From positions 1 through 41,524 of the forward strand of contig DASRPJ010000100.1 of the NCBI GenBank assembly GCA_035646435.1: a stretch of 41,524 bases of DNA, given 5' to 3'. Below, one piece after another: positions 1 through 8,560 of the stretch. Positions within the stretch are counted from its first letter, which is position 1. Every line of letters begins with the position of its first letter. The translations under genes and the position numbers were made by a program. This stretch comes from Thermoanaerobaculia bacterium (GTDB taxonomy: Bacteria; Acidobacteriota; Thermoanaerobaculia; UBA5066; Gp7-AA6). The notes below the pieces were generated by a model, which was given only the letters and a program-made list of their open reading frames with translations, searched no databases and was not told the DNA's origin.

Positions 1-2
1 TG

Positions 3-443
3 ACGCGGTTGATCGGGCTCGCCGGAGCGGACGGCCGGGCCTTCCCGACGCCGGAGTCCGTCGCGAGGCTCTCCGTCGCGACGATCGGCAATCGGGTTCG
101 CTGCGGCTATCGCGCACAGGCCCTCCGCGACTTCGCGAAACGCGTGGCGTCCGGAAAGCTCGACCTCGCCCGCTGGGAAGACGGCACGCTCTCTTCCGAG
201 GACCTGCGCGCCGCGATCGTCTCGGAGAGGGGCTTCGGTCCATACGCCGCCGAGGGGCTCATTCGGATCCTCGGGCGGCACGACTTCTATGCGCTCGACT
301 CCTGGACGCGCCAGGAGTACCGGAGGCGCTATCCCGGTCCCGCTCGCGCGACGGATCGTTCGATCGCGCGCCGGTACGCGCGTTTCAGGAAGCACCGCGG
401 GCTCGCTTTCTGGCTCGAGATGACCGACGACTGGCACGAGTAA
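3..443 (+). CDS. HhH-GPD superfamily DNA glycosylase (AlkA / 3-methyladenine glycosylase II-like), C-terminal part; 5' end outside window
   Basis: Frame 3 is open from the window edge to TAA 441-443. The translation has a helix-hairpin-helix Gly/Pro loop (ERGFGPYAAEGLIRILGRHD) followed by an Asp (YALDSW), as in HhH-GPD glycosylases. The TTG at 9 is probably not the true start. Confidence 0.55.
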   Translation, partial: TRLIGLAGADGRAFPTPESVARLSVATIGNRVRCGYRAQALRDFAKRVASGKLDLARWEDGTLSSEDLRAAIVSERGFGPYAAEGLIRILGRHDFYALDSWTRQEYRRRYPGPARATDRSIARRYARFRKHRGLAFWLEMTDDWHE

Positions 444-650
444 AGAGCGAAGCGGGCTCGAACAGTCTTCGGAAACTCCACCCGGATCCTTTCCGCGCGC
501 GGAATCCTCCAGCGGTAGCGGACGCGCAGTCGTACGACCGCAACCTGTGGCGATGGAGTGCGCTAGCGAGTCCTCTTCGTCGAAGAAGGGCCCGTTGATT
601 CTCTTTGCGCTCGCTTTACGCCCCTAATTTTTTTAGGGATTTCCTTTTCC

Positions 651-679
651 TTGACTAACAAAGTTGGCGCTCCTAACAT
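651..679 (+). promoter_or_regulatory. sigma70-like promoter of the dcw cluster (Pmra candidate)
   Basis: TTGACT (651-656), 17-nt spacer, TAACAT (674-679). An AT-rich UP-like tract lies upstream (626-650, aatttttttagggatttccttttcc). These are rare features in this GC-rich DNA. Confidence 0.5.
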
Positions 680-685
680 CCGCCG

Positions 686-722
686 CAAGTGGCCTAATCT
701 GGAAAAAAGTGGGAGAAAGTGG
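686..722 (+). promoter_or_regulatory. MraZ operator: direct repeats phased at 10 bp
   Basis: AAGTGG at 687, 707 and 717, plus degenerate ATCTGG at 697, gives an exact 10-bp period just downstream of the -10 box and upstream of mraZ. This matches the known MraZ box architecture (GTGG/TGGG-type direct repeats with 10-bp phasing). Confidence 0.55.
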
Positions 723-755
723 CGGTGATCTTCGGATCGCTGCGCCAATCGAAGT

Positions 756-1202
756 ATGGACCGCTTTCGGGGAAGCGCTCCGGCGCGAGTCGACGAAAAG
801 GGACGGCTCAAGGTCCCGAGCGTCTTCCGCGCGCAGATCGAAGAGGCCTTCGGACCCGAGCTCTTCGTCACCTCCGTACACGGCAAGAACGTCCTTCTCT
901 ACCCGCTGCCGATCTGGCGGGCCCTCGAGGAGAAGCTCGCGTCGCTTCCGGCCGTGCACCGCGCGAAGAGCAAGTTCCTGGAGCGCGTCAACTACTACGG
1001 CCAGGACGCGACGCTCGACGGCCAGGGCCGCGTCCTCGTGCCGCAGATCCTGCGCGACGCCGCGAAGCTCCCGTCGGAGGTGGTCGTCACGGGCAACATC
1101 GACCACTTGGTCGTCTCCGACCGCGGCGGTCTCGAAAGCCGCCTGGCCACGGAGGACTTCACCCCCGAGGACTACGACGAGCTCACGAAGGCCCTTTCGT
1201 GA
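756..1202 (+). CDS. mraZ: Transcriptional regulator MraZ
   Basis: 148 aa with duplicated SpoVT/AbrB-like halves. N-terminal F-x-G-x(5)-DEKGRLKVP and second-half DGQGRVLVP motifs. First gene of the dcw cluster. Confidence 0.95.
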   Translation: MDRFRGSAPARVDEKGRLKVPSVFRAQIEEAFGPELFVTSVHGKNVLLYPLPIWRALEEKLASLPAVHRAKSKFLERVNYYGQDATLDGQGRVLVPQILRDAAKLPSEVVVTGNIDHLVVSDRGGLESRLATEDFTPEDYDELTKALS

Positions 1203-1271
1203 GACGAAAAGAGAAGAAGTAGGAGTGGAGAGACGCAAGACGCTGGCCGAGCCCCGCACACGCCGGTCCTC

Positions 1272-2180
1272 GTGTCCGAGGTGGTGGAGCTCCTCGCCCC
1301 GGAGCGGGGCGGCTTCTTCGTGGACGCGACGGTGGGAGCGGGTGGGCACGCCCGCGCCCTCCTCGAAAGCGGCCCGGGAGTCGAGCTCCTCGGCCTCGAC
1401 CGCGACCCCGACGCCCTCGCGCTCGCCCGTGAGCGGCTGGCCCCGTTCGGCAAGAGGGTTCGGCTCGTCTGCGCCAACTTCTCCGACCTCGAGTCCGCGC
1501 TCGAGGGCCTTCCCGCCCCCGACGCCATCCTCGCGGACCTCGGCGTCTCCTCGATGCAGCTCGAGGTGCCCGCGCGCGGCTTCTCTTTCCGCCGCGACGG
1601 TCCACTCGACATGCGCATGTCTCGCTCCGGCCGCAGTGCCGCCGACGTGGTTGCGACCGCTTCGGCGGCTGAGCTCTCTCGAATTTTTTTTGAATACGGG
1701 GAGGAATGGATGGCGGTAAAAATCGCGCGGGCAATCCTCGAGGAACGGTCCCGGGGACCGATCACTTCGACTCGGCAACTCGCTCGCATCGTGGCGCAGA
1801 CGAAGGGGGATCGCCAGAAGATCGATCCCGCCACCAAGGTCTTTCAGGCGCTGCGCATCGAGGTCAACGAGGAGCTCCAGTCGCTCTCGAGGTTCCTCGC
1901 CGCGGCGGTCGAGAAGCTGAACGCCGGCGGAAAGCTGGCGGTCATTTCCTACCACTCCCTCGAGGATCGCCTGGTGAAGGAGGCTTTCCGTCGCGAGGCG
2001 GGAGTCTGCCTCTGTCCGCCGAAGCTCCCGGTCTGCGTGTGCGGCGCGAGGCGCGCCTTGATCGTGCTGACCCGCCGCCCCGTCCGGCCGTCCGAGGCGG
2101 AGGTCCGCCGCAACCCCCGTTCGCGCAGCGCGCGCCTCCGCGCCGCGGAGAAAGTTTCCCCGGAGAGAGTCGCTCTTTGA
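1272..2180 (+). CDS. rsmH: 16S rRNA (cytosine1402-N4)-methyltransferase RsmH; start uncertain
   Basis: SAM-binding DATVGAGGHA, DLGVSSMQL, FFEYGEE and SYHSLEDR motifs. The conserved N-terminal H-T-P-V-L is encoded upstream of the first canonical start (see findings). Confidence 0.93.
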   Translation: MSEVVELLAPERGGFFVDATVGAGGHARALLESGPGVELLGLDRDPDALALARERLAPFGKRVRLVCANFSDLESALEGLPAPDAILADLGVSSMQLEVPARGFSFRRDGPLDMRMSRSGRSAADVVATASAAELSRIFFEYGEEWMAVKIARAILEERSRGPITSTRQLARIVAQTKGDRQKIDPATKVFQALRIEVNEELQSLSRFLAAAVEKLNAGGKLAVISYHSLEDRLVKEAFRREAGVCLCPPKLPVCVCGARRALIVLTRRPVRPSEAEVRRNPRSRSARLRAAEKVSPERVAL

Positions 2181-2533
2181 GCTCCGTCGCCCACGTCCAG
2201 TCGAAGCGCGTCCAGAACCTGCACCTGACGCGCGAGCGCGACCGCCGCCGCGGCCGCGAGCTCGCCACGCTCCTGCTCGCCGGCCTGCCGGTCGCCTGCG
2301 CGCTCCTCGGGTGGGTCGCGCTCCGGGTCGAGACCGTGAGGGTCGGTTACGCCCGCGGCCAGCGAACGCGCGTCCACGCGGAGCTCTTCGAGGAGAACCG
2401 GCGGCTTGCGACGGAGCTCGCGCGAGCCTCCGCGCCGGACCGCGTTCAGGCCGTCGCCGTCCGTAAGGGGCTCGCGCCGCCGCGACCCGGTCAGATCCAG
2501 TACGTCCTGTCGAAAGAAGGGGGACTTCGGTGA
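2177..2533 (+). CDS. ftsL: FtsL-like cell division protein (small bitopic membrane protein)
   Basis: Correct position between rsmH and ftsI. TTG start overlaps the rsmH stop (TTGA) and the stop overlaps the ftsI GTG (GTGA). One TM (LATLLLAGLPVACALLGWVAL) is followed by a helical/coiled segment. Sequence conservation is too weak to confirm by eye. Confidence 0.6.
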   Translation: MSSVAHVQSKRVQNLHLTRERDRRRGRELATLLLAGLPVACALLGWVALRVETVRVGYARGQRTRVHAELFEENRRLATELARASAPDRVQAVAVRKGLAPPRPGQIQYVLSKEGGLR

Positions 2534-4581
2534 ACTTCGTCCGCACCGCGCGCGTCCGGTTCCTCGTGATCGCCCTTTCCCTCTGGGCTTCGGTTGTCGT
2601 CGCGCGACTGACGCAGCTCCAGCTCGCCGACGGGGGCCGTTACCGCGCGCGGGCGCAGCGCCAGCAGGAACGCCGGATCGAGGTTTCTCCGCTCCGCGGC
2701 TCGATCTTCGACCGCGAAGGAAGACCGCTCGCGGTCTCGGTCGAAGTGGCGTCGGTCTACGCGATTCCCGACGAGGTCACTCATCCCGTCGAGACCGCGC
2801 GCGCGCTTTCGGCGCGTCTCGGGGTTCCCGAGGAAACCCTGCTCGCGCGCCTCACGCAGAAAAAGGGCTTCGTCTGGCTCGCGCGGAAGGTCGACCGGCC
2901 GACCGCCGCCGCCGTGCGCGCCGAGAAGATGCGGGGGATCCACCTCGTCGCCGAGACGAAGCGTTTCTATCCGAAGGGAAGCCTCGCCGCCGGCGTGGTC
3001 GGCTACGTCGGCACCGACGACAAGGGTCTCGGCGGCCTCGAGCACTTTTACGACGGCACGATCCGCGGCAAGCCGGGCGAGGTGGTCGCTCTGACCGACG
3101 CCCGCCGCTCGACGTACGGCCGCTCGGCGGCCCCGAACGACCGTCCCCCGCAGGAGGGCGCGTCCCTCGTCGTCTCTCTCGACTCGGGAATCCAGTTCGC
3201 CGCGGAGCGCGAGCTCGCGGCCGTCGTGGAGGAGACGCAGGCCCGTTCGGGCTCGCTCGTGCTGCTCGATCCGCGGGACGGCGCGATTCTCGCCATGGCG
3301 ACCGCGCCCGGTTTCGACCCGAACGACTATCGCAGCTATTCGGCGGAAACGCGGCGCAACCGCGCCGTCGCGGACGCCCACGAGCCCGGCTCGACGTTCA
3401 AGATCGTGACCGGCGCGCTCGGCATCGAGAACGCGCTCGTCGACCTCGAGGAGGCGATCCCGACCGGGGACGGCACGATCCGGATCGGAAACACGACCAT
3501 CTCGGAGCACGACGGAAAAAGGTTCGGCGCGCTCACGCTCGCGGGAGTTTTCGAGCACTCGTCCAACGTCGGGATCATCCGGGTCGGCCTGCGGCTCGGC
3601 CCGCAGCGGCTCTGGGAAGGGGCGAACGCGCTCGGCATCGGACGTCCCACCGGCGTGGACCTGCCCGGCGAGAACGCCGGGATCTTCCGGCGGCCGGAGC
3701 GCTGGTCCGCCCTTTCGAACGCAACCGTCTCGATGGGGCAGGAAGTGTCGATCACCGCGCTTCAGCTCGTCCGCGTCGCCGCCGCGATCGCCAACGGCGG
3801 CCGCCTGGTGACGCCGCGTCTCGTCCGCCGCATCACGCATCCCGACGGCCGAACCGAGACGCTCGCTCCGCCGGCCGGCGAGCGCGTGCTCTCCGAGGCG
3901 ACCGCGCGCACGATCCGCGGTCTCTTGGTCGGCGCCGTCGAGCGGGGCACCGGCCGCAAGGCCGCGATCCCCGGGTTCGTCGTCGCCGGAAAGACCGGGA
4001 CGGCGCAGATCGCGGGCGTCGGCGGCTATCAGCCGGGGCGCTACGTGTCGTCCTTCGTGGGGATCGCCCCGAGCGAGAACGCGCGCGTCGTCGGACTCGT
4101 CCTGATCGAAGAGCCGCGGGGCCGCTACTACGGCGGCGACGTCGCCGCGCCCGTCTTCGCGAAGGTGGTCTCGCAGGCGCTCGGCATCCTCCGCGTCGCT
4201 CCCGAGGAGCAGACGCTCCCGGAGGCCCTCCTCGCCTCCGGCCCCGAGAGGATCCACTATCCCGCCGGCGTCGTCCCCGCTTCGGCGCGCCCCGCGTTCG
4301 AGCCGGAAGAGTCCGCTCCGCCGGCGCCCGCCGCGGCCGGCGGCACGCCCTCCGCCCTCGGTCTCTCCGCGCGCCAGGCGCTCTCCCTCTTCGCCCGGCA
4401 CGGGATCGACGCGCGCTTCGAAGGCTCCGGTTTCGTCGTCCTGCAGGACCCGCCCCCGGGCGCGCCGATCCGCCCGGGGACGACCTGCAGGATTCTCCTC
4501 GCCGAACCCGCCGCGGCGCCGCCGGCTCCGGGCCTCGAGCGCCGGGCGGAGGAGCTCGCCTCCCCGCCTCCGGCTCCGTGA
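2530..4581 (+). CDS. ftsI: Peptidoglycan D,D-transpeptidase FtsI (class B PBP) with C-terminal PASTA-like domain
   Basis: N-terminal TM. Has the SxxK (STFK), SxN (SSN) and KTG (KTGTA) motifs. The C-terminus has a Pro/Ala linker followed by LGLSARQALSLFARHGIDARFEGSGFVVLQDPPPGAPIRPGTTCRILL. Confidence 0.93.
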   Translation: MNFVRTARVRFLVIALSLWASVVVARLTQLQLADGGRYRARAQRQQERRIEVSPLRGSIFDREGRPLAVSVEVASVYAIPDEVTHPVETARALSARLGVPEETLLARLTQKKGFVWLARKVDRPTAAAVRAEKMRGIHLVAETKRFYPKGSLAAGVVGYVGTDDKGLGGLEHFYDGTIRGKPGEVVALTDARRSTYGRSAAPNDRPPQEGASLVVSLDSGIQFAAERELAAVVEETQARSGSLVLLDPRDGAILAMATAPGFDPNDYRSYSAETRRNRAVADAHEPGSTFKIVTGALGIENALVDLEEAIPTGDGTIRIGNTTISEHDGKRFGALTLAGVFEHSSNVGIIRVGLRLGPQRLWEGANALGIGRPTGVDLPGENAGIFRRPERWSALSNATVSMGQEVSITALQLVRVAAAIANGGRLVTPRLVRRITHPDGRTETLAPPAGERVLSEATARTIRGLLVGAVERGTGRKAAIPGFVVAGKTGTAQIAGVGGYQPGRYVSSFVGIAPSENARVVGLVLIEEPRGRYYGGDVAAPVFAKVVSQALGILRVAPEEQTLPEALLASGPERIHYPAGVVPASARPAFEPEESAPPAPAAAGGTPSALGLSARQALSLFARHGIDARFEGSGFVVLQDPPPGAPIRPGTTCRILLAEPAAAPPAPGLERRAEELASPPPAP

Positions 4582-6041
4582 CCCTGGTGGAGCTCCTGTC
4601 GGCCGCGCCGGACTCGAGCTTCCCGCCCGCCGCCAGCGATCGGGAGATCGCCGGGATCTCTTCCGATTCGAGGACGGTCGGTCCCGGACAGATCTTCGTC
4701 GCTCTCCGCGGCGAAAAGGAAGACGGCTGGGCGCACGCGCTCGAAGCCGCGGCGCGCGGAGCGGCGGCGGTCGTCTCGGACCGCCCGGCGCCCGACGCGT
4801 TTCCGGTGCCGTGGGTCCGCGTGCGGGAGCCGCGCCGCGTCCTCGGCCAGCTCGCGGCGCGGCTCGCGGGAAACCCCTCCGAAAAGCTCGTGCTCGCCGG
4901 CGTCACCGGCACGAACGGCAAGACGACCACCGCGATGCTCCTCGAAGGCCTGCTCGCCCGGCGCCACGGCCGGGCGGGCTTCCTCGGGACCGTGGCGTAC
5001 CGGACGGGCCGGCGCGAGATCGCCGCGCGGCACACGACCCCCGAGGCGCCCCTCCTCCAGGCGCTCCTCGCGGAGATGGTCGCGGAGGGAACTCCGGCGG
5101 CGGCGATGGAGGTCTCCTCCCACGCGCTCGCTCTCGACCGCGTCGCGGGAACCCGCTTCGACGTCGCGGTCTTCACGAACCTGACGCGCGATCACCTCGA
5201 CTTCCACGGCGACCTGGACGCCTACTTCGACGCGAAGAAGAAGCTCTTCGCGCTTCGCAAGCCGGGCGCCGCCGCGGTCGTCAACGCGGCCGACCCGTCG
5301 GGACGGCGTCTCGCGGCGGAGGTCTTGCCGCCGGTAGTCACCTACTCGACGGCGTCGGCCTCCGCCAGCGTCCGGGGCGAAAACGTGGTCTGCGACCTGT
5401 CGGGGACGTCGCTCGACGTCGCGCACGCCGGGGGGCGCTTTCGCGTTTCCTCACCCCTCCTCGGCCCCTTCAACGCCGACAACCTGCTCGCCGCGTCCGC
5501 CGCGGGACTGGCCCTCGGCCTGACCGAAGGCGAGATCGCGGCCGGGCTCGCGTCGGTCGCCCGCGTCCCCGGACGGCTCGAGCGCGTCGTCGCCGGGCAG
5601 CCCTACACGATCCTCGTCGACTACGCGCACACGGAAGACGCGCTCGAACGACTCCTCCGCGCCGTCTCCGACCTGACGGATCGCAGGATCGTCCTCGTCT
5701 TCGGATGCGGCGGAGACCGGGACCGGGGCAAGCGCGCGCCCATGGGTCGAATCGCGGGCTCGCTCGCCGACGTCGCGATCGCGACGTCCGACAACCCGCG
5801 CTCCGAGGAGCCCGAGGCGATCCTCGCGGAAGTCGAACGGGGCCTGATCGCGTCGGGCGCGGCGAACTACCGGAAGGTGCCGGACCGCCGCGAAGCGATT
5901 CGGACGGCGATCGGGCTCGCCGATCCGGACACGGTCGTCGTCATCGCGGGGAAGGGACATGAGACCGTCCAGGTCGTCGGCGACCGAGCTCTTCCGTTCG
6001 ACGACCGCGAAGTCGCCGCCGGGTTCGCGTCGAAGCGATAG
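4578..6041 (+). CDS. murE: UDP-N-acetylmuramoyl-L-alanyl-D-glutamate--2,6-diaminopimelate ligase MurE
   Basis: GTG overlaps the ftsI stop (GTGA); an alternative GTG lies at 4587. P-loop GVTGTNGKTTT. The DNPR motif (TSDNPRSE) is typical of meso-DAP-adding MurE. The upstream part of the 2406..6041 track ORF is an artefact. Confidence 0.92.
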   Translation: MTLVELLSAAPDSSFPPAASDREIAGISSDSRTVGPGQIFVALRGEKEDGWAHALEAAARGAAAVVSDRPAPDAFPVPWVRVREPRRVLGQLAARLAGNPSEKLVLAGVTGTNGKTTTAMLLEGLLARRHGRAGFLGTVAYRTGRREIAARHTTPEAPLLQALLAEMVAEGTPAAAMEVSSHALALDRVAGTRFDVAVFTNLTRDHLDFHGDLDAYFDAKKKLFALRKPGAAAVVNAADPSGRRLAAEVLPPVVTYSTASASASVRGENVVCDLSGTSLDVAHAGGRFRVSSPLLGPFNADNLLAASAAGLALGLTEGEIAAGLASVARVPGRLERVVAGQPYTILVDYAHTEDALERLLRAVSDLTDRRIVLVFGCGGDRDRGKRAPMGRIAGSLADVAIATSDNPRSEEPEAILAEVERGLIASGAANYRKVPDRREAIRTAIGLADPDTVVVIAGKGHETVQVVGDRALPFDDREVAAGFASKR

Positions 6042-6055
6042 GCGATAGGCGATAG
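6035..6055. repeat. Tandem heptamer (GCGATAG)x3 at the murE stop
   Basis: Three perfect 7-bp units. TAG occurs at 6039, 6046 and 6053, i.e. one in each of the three forward frames. Confidence 0.85.
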
Positions 6056-6076
6056 GTTAGTCGTGGCCGACCGGCA

Positions 6077-7474
6077 ATGAACTTCACCCTCACCGACGTC
6101 GCCGTCGCGGCCGGACGGACCCCTCCGGCCGGTTCGTCGGACGTCGACCTGACCGGCGTCGCGGTCGACTCGCGGGCCGCGCGGCCGGGGCAGCTCTTCG
6201 TCGCGATGAAGGGCGCGCGCGTGGACGGTCACGAGTTTGCCGCCGAAGCGGTCTCGCGCGGAGCGCGCGCCGTGCTGTCCGAGCACGTGCCCGCGGCGCT
6301 CCCGGAGGGATGTCCCGTCATCACGGCGCCCGATCCGGCGGCGGCCTTGTCCGCGCTCGCCGTCCTCGTCAAGAAGCGGTCGGGCTTTCGCCTCGCGGCG
6401 ATCACCGGCTCCTCCGGAAAGACGACGACGAAGGAGTTCACCACCGCGATCCTGTCGCGCCGTTTCGCCGTGGAGAGAACGCCGGGAAACCAGAACAGCG
6501 CGGTCGGCTTCCCGATGTCGGTGTTGAACCTGCCCCGGGTTCCCGACTGGATGGTCGGCGAGATGGGAATGAGCGCGAAGGGGGAGCTCTCGCGGCTTTC
6601 CCGGTCCTTCGAGCCGGACGTGGCGACGATCACGAACGTCGCGCCCGCCCACCTCGCGTTCTTCGACTCGATCGACGACGTCGCGCGGGCGAAAGCGGAG
6701 ATCCTGGAAGGGTTGAAGCCGGGCGGGACCTTCGTGGCGAACGCGGACGACTCGCGGGTCGCGGCGATCGCCTCGCGCTGGAAGGGACGGTCACTTCGTT
6801 TCGCGCGGTTCGCGAAGGCCGACGTCCGGGGCGAGGACTTCCAGCAGGCGGAGACGGAGACGCGCTTCCGGCTCAAGACGCCCGCGGGGGATGCCTCGAT
6901 CGCGCTGCCGCTCCCCGGAATCCACCAGGCCGTCAACTTCCTCGCGGCGTCCGCCGTGGCCATCGCCGCGGGCGCCTCGCCCGAGGACTGCGCCGCGGCC
7001 GCGCCGGGTGTCGCGCCCTCTCCGCATCGCGGTGAGTTCCACCGCCACGCTTCGGGCGCCGTCCTCTACGACGACTCGTACAACGCGAACCCCGCCGCGT
7101 TGCGGGCCGCGCTCGACACGCTCGCGGGATTCGCGGCGACGCGGCGGATCGCGGTCCTCGGGGACATGCGGGAGCTCGGCGACGACGAGGACATCTGGCA
7201 CCGCGAGCTCGGCCGCTACGCCTCGAGCCGCGCGGACCGGATCGTCTGCGTCGGCGATCTCGCCCGGTTCTACGGCGAGGAGGCCGTGGAGAGCGGCTTC
7301 CCCCGGGAGGCCGTGGAGTACGCCCCGACCGCGGACGATGCGGCGCGGCTCCTGGAGGCAACGCTCCGCGACGGCGACGTCGTGCTCTTCAAGGGATCCC
7401 GGTCGGTCGGCCTCGATCGAGCGGTCGAGAGACTCGCCGTCCCGAAAGACGCCCGGCGGGAAACGAGACGCTAG
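6077..7474 (+). CDS. murF: UDP-N-acetylmuramoyl-tripeptide--D-alanyl-D-alanine ligase MurF
   Basis: Mur ligase P-loop ITGSSGKTTTKE. DDSYNANP motif. Correct dcw position. Confidence 0.93.
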   Translation: MNFTLTDVAVAAGRTPPAGSSDVDLTGVAVDSRAARPGQLFVAMKGARVDGHEFAAEAVSRGARAVLSEHVPAALPEGCPVITAPDPAAALSALAVLVKKRSGFRLAAITGSSGKTTTKEFTTAILSRRFAVERTPGNQNSAVGFPMSVLNLPRVPDWMVGEMGMSAKGELSRLSRSFEPDVATITNVAPAHLAFFDSIDDVARAKAEILEGLKPGGTFVANADDSRVAAIASRWKGRSLRFARFAKADVRGEDFQQAETETRFRLKTPAGDASIALPLPGIHQAVNFLAASAVAIAAGASPEDCAAAAPGVAPSPHRGEFHRHASGAVLYDDSYNANPAALRAALDTLAGFAATRRIAVLGDMRELGDDEDIWHRELGRYASSRADRIVCVGDLARFYGEEAVESGFPREAVEYAPTADDAARLLEATLRDGDVVLFKGSRSVGLDRAVERLAVPKDARRETRR

Positions 7475-8560
7475 TTGTTGTACTACTGGCTCTTCCCCCT
7501 CTCGAAGGTCTTCCCGGCCTTCAACGTCTTCCGATACATCACCTTTCGCACGGCGATGGCGGCGGTGACCTCGCTCCTCCTCGCGCTCGCGCTCGGGGGG
7601 CCGATGCTGAAGCTCCTCAAGCGGCGTCAGATCGGCCAGTCGGTCCGCTCCGACGGGCCGCGGACGCACCTCTCCAAAGCCGGGACGCCCACGATGGGCG
7701 GCGTCCTCGTCGTGCTGTCGGTCGTCGCCGCGACGCTCCTGTGGATGGACCTGAACAACCGGCTCGTATGGATCGGACTCGGAACCATCGTGGGCCTCGG
7801 AGTCGTCGGCTTCGCCGACGACTACGTGAAGATCAGCCAGCGCCGCAGCCTGGGGCTGACGGGCCGGGGCAAGCTCGTGCCGCAGTTCCTCGTCGCGTTC
7901 GTCGTTGCGTGGGCGATCCAGAGCTGGGCGGCGGACGGGACGTTCTCGACGATCCTGACGTTCCCCTTCTTCAAACGCCTCATCCTCGACCTCGGCGCGT
8001 TCTACATCCCGTTCGTCGCGGTCGTGATCGTCGGTTCTTCGAACGCGGTGAACCTGACCGACGGCCTCGACGGGCTGGCGATCGGCTCCTTCGGGGTGGC
8101 CGCGGGGACGTACGCGCTCCTCGCCTACGTGAGCGGGAACGCGGTCGCCGCCCGGTACCTCCAGATCGCGTACGTTCCGCAGGCGGGGGAGCTCGCGGTC
8201 TTCTGCGGGGCGCTCGTCGGCGCGTCGCTCGGTTTCCTCTGGTACAACTCGCACCCCGCCGACGTCTTCATGGGTGACGTCGGCGCTCTTCCTCTCGGCG
8301 GCGCGCTCGCGGCGGTCGCGGTGATGACGAAGCAGGAGATGCTGCTCGCCGTCGTCGGCGGCGTTTTCGTGCTCGAGGCGCTTTCGGTGATTCTGCAGGT
8401 GACCTCGTTCAAGGCGACCGGCAAGCGCGTTTTCCGGATGGCGCCGCTCCACCACCACTTCGAGCTCGCGGGATGGCCCGAGTCCCGCGTCGTCGTGAGG
8501 TTCTGGATCCTGTCCATTCTCTTCGCCGTGCTCGCCCTCTCGACGTTGAAGCTGCGATGA
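7475..8560 (+). CDS. mraY: Phospho-N-acetylmuramoyl-pentapeptide transferase MraY
   Basis: TTG start immediately after the murF TAG. Polytopic membrane protein with PTMGG, NAVNLTDGLDGLA and MGDVGALPLGG motifs. Confidence 0.95.
   Translation: MLYYWLFPLSKVFPAFNVFRYITFRTAMAAVTSLLLALALGGPMLKLLKRRQIGQSVRSDGPRTHLSKAGTPTMGGVLVVLSVVAATLLWMDLNNRLVWIGLGTIVGLGVVGFADDYVKISQRRSLGLTGRGKLVPQFLVAFVVAWAIQSWAADGTFSTILTFPFFKRLILDLGAFYIPFVAVVIVGSSNAVNLTDGLDGLAIGSFGVAAGTYALLAYVSGNAVAARYLQIAYVPQAGELAVFCGALVGASLGFLWYNSHPADVFMGDVGALPLGGALAAVAVMTKQEMLLAVVGGVFVLEALSVILQVTSFKATGKRVFRMAPLHHHFELAGWPESRVVVRFWILSILFAVLALSTLKLR

Noticed and set aside
491-504. Perfect 14-bp palindrome TTCCGCGCGCGGAA downstream of the glycosylase gene
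   Set aside because: It is too short and GC-simple to distinguish from chance. It has no U-tract for a terminator and no second copy in the window.
633-2546. 637-aa minus-strand ORF antisense to mraZ/rsmH/ftsL. Similar long antisense or off-frame ORFs occur throughout the track (for example 2491..4401, 3833..5176, 6791..8458, 8818..9996, 9933..11084, 11806..13647, 15559..16899, 28413..29318, 30250..31713, 32044..33489, 38424..40301).
   Set aside because: Their extreme Arg/Pro/Gly/Ala composition is typical of non-coding frames in ~70% GC DNA. Each overlaps a strongly supported conserved gene in another frame or strand, and none shows a recognisable motif.
2406-4577. 5' two-thirds of the 1211-aa ORF 2406..6041. 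Likewise 14446..15705 of ORF 14446..16875, 8473..8556 of the murD ORF, and 17483..18211 of ORF 17483..18724.
   Set aside because: Homology to MurE, FtsZ, MurD and the 18212 protein begins only at the internal starts, which overlap or directly follow the upstream gene stops. The upstream extensions are Arg-rich and overlap real genes.
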